A stretch of 64,000 nucleotides of DNA from contig JAUPSS010000004.1 of NCBI GenBank assembly GCA_040285825.1, forward strand, positions 5,857,784 to 5,921,783. Reading direction: 5' to 3'. The notes beneath the pieces were generated by a model. The model had not been told where the DNA came from. It saw nothing but the letters and a program-made list of their open reading frames with translations, and ran no database searches. The stretch is from Eukaryota sp. TZLM1-RC (Eukaryota > Protista > Metamonada: BaSk clade). Position 1 is the stretch's first letter. Every line of letters starts with the position of its first letter. Both the position numbers and the translations under genes were made by a program. Shown one piece after another: positions 58,997-64,000 of this stretch.

Positions 58997-60419
58997 AAAG
59001 GGCCAAAAAACAGGCTTGGAACACTTAAAATGTTCTTGAGGATGCAACTCTTGAAATTTTTCAATCTGCCAGCGAAGAGGAAAAGAAGGACTTTTTTGTG
59101 GCACCGCAACGACCACAAAAGCACAAGCTTAGTATAGCTTTTGAATTGTTTGAATTTTTTGTTAATTCTTACACAATATTTCACTTGTTATTTATTAATT
59201 CAATAGTGAAAATACGCATTTTAATTGAAAAAGGACTTGCATTGACGAGACTGAAATCTGAATTGGTGGGATAACAATGTCAACAGCTTTACAAGTGGTT
59301 GAAAACAACGGTTTTTGTCCATTTCTAGAATCTGTACAGTTGTTTTGCACTACGAATAACAACGATTGATACTTTTAACAGGGGAAGAAGAGTTGACACT
59401 ACAGGCATTTAAACGAAGATCAGTGAAATCACTATTTTCTGCAGAATATGATTCAATTTCCATATTTTTATGACTTTTCAAACATTTGGGGTGTGGCCAA
59501 GAAAAGGAATCAATTTTTCTTTTGGTGTTCTCTAACTTTCAGCAACTGGTCGATCCTTTGAACAGGAGAACAAGAAACAACATACGAGCCATATTTTTGA
59601 ATTGGAATGGTTTCTTTTTTTCCAATTCCAGACGGTGAAAAAAGTTCAACTTAATTGAAATTATTGACTGAACGTGCAAAGAATGTGAGGATCTAAAATA
59701 AAAAAGTCTTTATTGACATATTGAATCATGTTCAAATTCCTTAGAAAACAAATACAAATTCCATTTCTGTTGACTCAACGGCATTACAACTCAGGACTCA
59801 AATGAATGAGGTGTTCGTCATACAGCTTCTTCATGTAACGATAATAAGGGACCAAGAAATTGTTATAGAAATCCCTCATGACCACATGACAAAGTTGAAC
59901 CTTGGGCTTTTGCTTCTTTTTTCGTTGTGGAAAGTTCCAAAAACGAATTTTACAGGCCATTATATTGAGAGGTGTTTCCTGTTCAGCTACAAACTCATAG
60001 TTTGCATGGGCGAAACAATTTCTGAAAAACTGAGGACATGCACGATCCCAGTTAAGAGACTTCACCTCTCCCCGAACGATTGAGTCAGCTAATCGTCTAA
60101 TAGACAGACCAATTTTGCTATTTTAGTGGCTTAGATCAACTGTGTGGTATAAATGCTTAAAGCGCTCATAGGTATCGATGAGCACTGCATGTGCAAAACT
60201 GACAAGTACAGCAGAAGCCTCCGGAATAGAAGGGGGATTCAGCTGCATGGTTTCCAAGATATTGGTTGCAACTTTGCTAGCCCCCAACAGTAAAGCTAAG
60301 GGTTGAGAGTATGAAGGGCATCACTGTGGACATTCATTGAATCATCCTGTTCATCAGCCATTGAATTAGTGGCAAATAAATTCAGAAACACAGAATTTTT
60401 TTGGAAATATCAAACTTAT

Positions 60420-60590
60420 AAAAAACCTATAATGCAACATCTAAGAAGTCCATCTCTCCCAAAACAAAACAATAAGATGCAGCTCTCTCATAGTGAGATC
60501 CAAGAGAAAGCAAAGCATCAGAAACCAACTTCAACATTTCCTTAAAAATAGAAAACACAATTCTATTTTGTTAGAACAATCTGTTGATTT
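60420..60590 (-). mobile_element. Short 3' tail of family B-like non-LTR element
   Basis: Similar to 57345-57480 (NRIVFSIFKG.LKLVSDALLSLG). Confidence 0.7.
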
Positions 60591-61031
60591 AGGGATATAT
60601 TAGGCTTGTATTTGTTATTTGGTGAGATGTAAATCATAAATAGACACTATTACATCAGATTTTGATGATTTTGCAGGGTTGATGAATCATTTAACCTTAA
60701 ACCATAAAATTGATGAAGATGATAAATACAACATAAACAAATTTAAAAGTTAGCTAATTTGGTTTTTACTTTACTTTTAGATTAAAATTTAAAAATAAAT
60801 AAACCCTTTTTAAAAAAAACTAATTTAGATGTCTTATGAATAGCATTGTCATGATATTACCATTATTGGGCGATTCCAACAAGCAAAAATATCTTGCTCA
60901 CAAATGATAAAAATATGGTTTTTATTAAAGAGTTTCGTCATTTATTAGTGAATTGTAAAGTTTCAAAGTTTTAATACCAAAAAACATTACCAAACCAACA
61001 AGCAAAATAATAATTTAATAATTTATAAAGA

Positions 61032-62021
61032 CTAAATATCCCAATTGAAAACAAAGGAACACACAAATAGGACAGGCACCATTAAGAAATGGGTCGCTAT
61101 TAATAAAATATTGATGGTCTTTGTTGCTTTTGAGAACCTTTTTGACACGGAAAAACAAGCAATTGCAAGTGGTAGTGATACTGAATAAATGGCATAATCA
61201 GCTATATGTTTTGCAGGCCTAAATATCAAGACTAAGATCCACATTATAAATGGAGAGAGCATCAGGCGAAGAAAGAACAACCAAGAAAGAAAAGCAAATG
61301 AACATTCAGAGTCACTCTTAACGTCATCTTGATTTAATTGGAGATAGAAACTCATTCCAATGACAACTAATAACCCTCCAATTACACAATTAGCTAAATA
61401 AGTTAAAGTAGTCGATAACACTTCTGGAAATGGGAAATCAAAAACCACCATAAAGAATTTGTAAATTGCTCCAACAAGAACTGACAAAATAATAGTGGAA
61501 GTAGCAAAGGTCTTGGCTAGTGACTTAATAACTGAGGAAGAATCTTCACGAGATTGCAGCAACAATACTGCAATTGGAAGTAAGATGATAGAGTCCAGGG
61601 CCCCCGAGATGACTAAATAGTCCAAGGATTGTTTACCGAAAAGGATCTCTGCAACAGGTAGCCCAATAATAATAGAGTTAAGCCAGACTAAGGAAGAAAA
61701 AGTGGAAAAGATAAACACATTGAGGGGAATGGAACTAAACGCAGGAAGTTTGCGAAGGAAGACAGGGATGACAGCAGAGAAAACGAGACTAATGGCACGA
61801 TGTGCAAGAGAGATATAAATGTAAGAAACATCTATGGTGGACGTGTCAAGGTCGATAATGAGAGTAAAGAGTAGTGCAGGCAAGCAGAAAGTAACTAGAA
61901 ATTGATTGATATCTGAGACAGAAGACTGTTTTAAAAGATCAAATTTGAGAGCACAATAACCAAGAATGATGACTAGCAAAGTAGGTATTGATGCCACAAA
62001 GACGCTGAGGTTCACTGACAT
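61032..62021 (-). CDS. AEC/PIN-like (auxin efflux carrier family) membrane transporter
   Basis: ~10 hydrophobic segments; ILGY, INQF...FCLPALLF, N...IGLP, LL..IGM, LRLMLSP, LP.AI. Confidence 0.8.
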   Translation of the reverse strand: MSVNLSVFVASIPTLLVIILGYCALKFDLLKQSSVSDINQFLVTFCLPALLFTLIIDLDTSTIDVSYIYISLAHRAISLVFSAVIPVFLRKLPAFSSIPLNVFIFSTFSSLVWLNSIIIGLPVAEILFGKQSLDYLVISGALDSIILLPIAVLLLQSREDSSSVIKSLAKTFATSTIILSVLVGAIYKFFMVVFDFPFPEVLSTTLTYLANCVIGGLLVVIGMSFYLQLNQDDVKSDSECSFAFLSWLFFLRLMLSPFIMWILVLIFRPAKHIADYAIYSVSLPLAIACFSVSKRFSKATKTINILLIATHFLMVPVLFVCSFVFNWDI

Positions 62022-63179
62022 CGGCTAGTGGTATGATGTAAACAAAGATGTAATTGTGTGGGAGGAGAAAAAGAGGATTCTCTAAGTATATAGACTATTA
62101 TCTATCAATCTGCTTCATTATGCTGGATAATCAATTTGGTTAATAAATAAATTACAGTGAAACTTGGGAAGGGTTCATTTATTGTCAAGATATTAAATAT
62201 CAGGCTATATTATCCGTTGGTGGTAATAACATTGGTAACACAATTGATAAAAGCATTAATAATCACTTAATGTTGTTGAAATGTTTGACATTGAATTTTC
62301 ATCACCAACGGTTTGTATTTCTGTTGAAGTGACCCATGTCAGTGCTCATCAGTTATACTAAATGTCTAGAAGTTTGTTGAATCAAGCACAAACTCGATGA
62401 GAATACCCTGAATTTTAAAAACATCGTTTGTAGACAATGACAAGCAACACCATTGCACAATGAGCAATTTTTTCGAAGTTTCTTCATTTATTACTTTTAC
62501 AAAAATGTGACAACAATTGAATTAATTCAGTTTTGTTCAAGACAGGCTTTTTTGAACAGTTTTCATACTTTTATTATGAAAACAAAATTTTAAAATTCGC
62601 AGCCATAAAAGAACGTTGAATACATTTGTCTACGATTATGAAGAGAGATATGGTTCGTTTATTCACCATATTCTTGAAATGAATGAAAGTTGATCTAAAC
62701 GCATTTTATTGGAAAAAGAAAAAGAAGGAGATGGTAAAAAGCAGAAAATTACTCCGGCCAAGACGAACATACATAGACTTGAGATTTGTTATTGGAACCT
62801 CCAATGAAACTCAGTTCTGGTTCAGAGGTGCGTGAGGTGCTTTAGAACGGTTACAATGCACTGTCGAATAAAAGCTCCGACAAAAGATTTGTTGAGATTT
62901 TGCCATGAATGGTGATGATCAGATACAAAAAATCAAAGGCTTCTCTGATTATTTGGAGATTGTATTGGTTTCATCTTTCTGAATGCTGAGCTGTAAAATA
63001 GGCACATGCAATTGCTGAAGCCAGAATGAGTGGTAATGAAGGACCTCAGTGTCTGTGTAGTAGACAGTTTTTGTAAACATTCCACACGAAAATTGATCGT
63101 GTATTTATGGGAATTTCCCATAATTGTAGCTGTTCTCTCTTTTTCGATTAACTACACAACACTTTGACTTAAATAACTA

Positions 63180-63701
63180 ATGGCCGAAGTCTTCCTTATT
63201 GGCAACATACAAGGCACATCTTCTCTTAAAGGCAATTACTGTTCATGTCAGTTTTCCTTACATTTGGGCAACAACTGGGAGCTCGTTGAAGGTGCAACAG
63301 AAGGTCGTACCCAAATGGCCAAACTACATGAAGGTTCTTCCATTTGGCAGCATCCCATTGACATTCATTTAGCTGCACACACTTTTGCAGACTGGCCAAA
63401 GCTGCTTTTCAGAGTGTATTGTCGTGATTTCTTTGAAACTGATGGTTTTGCTGGATATGGGCTTCTCCAAGTTCCTTCTCATGCTGGTCACCACAAATTA
63501 GATGTTCCTTTATGGCGCCCTGAAGGATCTTTCAAGCATAAGCTTGAAGGAACTCTCTTAGGAGGACATCCAGAGTTTGAAAAGACTAACTTTTTGTTTC
63601 AAGATTCTCTGCCCACCATTAATGTTGTTAGTGTTGGGTCCCTGCAATTAGAGCTGAATGTGGTTCATAGAGGGTTTGATCGCCATGGTGTGGTTTTGTG
63701 A
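63180..63701 (+). CDS. B9D2: B9 domain-containing ciliary transition-zone protein B9D2/MKSR2
   Basis: MAEVF.IG.I, W...EG..EG.TQ, WQHPIDIH, WPKL, GYG...P..G.H.L..P.WRPEGS, LGG.P, GF.RHGV. Confidence 0.9.
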   Translation: MAEVFLIGNIQGTSSLKGNYCSCQFSLHLGNNWELVEGATEGRTQMAKLHEGSSIWQHPIDIHLAAHTFADWPKLLFRVYCRDFFETDGFAGYGLLQVPSHAGHHKLDVPLWRPEGSFKHKLEGTLLGGHPEFEKTNFLFQDSLPTINVVSVGSLQLELNVVHRGFDRHGVVL

Positions 63702-64000
63702 TTTATTTATTGAAAATATTTCTTTTAATTATTTAATTCAAATAATAATTTGGATTTTTATCAATGGTTTGTTGTCCAACTTGTATATTATTATATTTTT
63801 GCATTAAATTCAACAATGGCCAATTGTCTATTTAGTTTGTTATTGAATTCACTTATTTTTCAAAGATTAATTACTCTTTTTCAGCACCCAAAGACAAAAT
63901 TTATTAAATAAAAATTCATGTTCTTATCAGACATTCAGAACTGTACTAGTTTAATATCTCAGCAACCAAGGCCATTTGGTCTTCACTTAACAAATGAAGC

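Overview
AT-rich, gene-dense eukaryotic DNA. Tiny (28-32 nt) spliceosomal introns and a ciliary B9D2 gene point to a compact flagellated protist. Housekeeping genes are PLK, LTN1, AspRS, PCH2/TRIP13, RRP1, CTF8, a NEK kinase, B9D2 and an AEC transporter. Two genes look prokaryote-derived: GshA-type glutamate-cysteine ligase and an AF0577-like radical SAM/SPASM enzyme. The genes are separated by nested transposon debris: a degenerate chromodomain Ty3/gypsy element with a ~79-bp LTR, many CRE-like RLE non-LTR retrotransposon fragments from several families, a hAT-type MITE and a solo LTR. The main highlight is RNA-guided Fanzor (eukaryotic TnpB/OMEGA) material from two divergent families. Family A is a near-complete ~651-aa Fanzor1 gene (52960-54915, two compensating homopolymer frameshifts) followed by a five-hairpin omega-RNA-like region, plus a truncated second copy. 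Family B is a 1-kb TA-flanked element (46686-47698) whose ~324-bp terminal inverted repeats each consist of a Fanzor C-terminus and putative omega-RNA scaffold, giving two outward-facing guide cassettes. All three right ends finish with GAAATTCACA(G/A)|TA. Family assignments come from motif recognition by eye; no searches were run.
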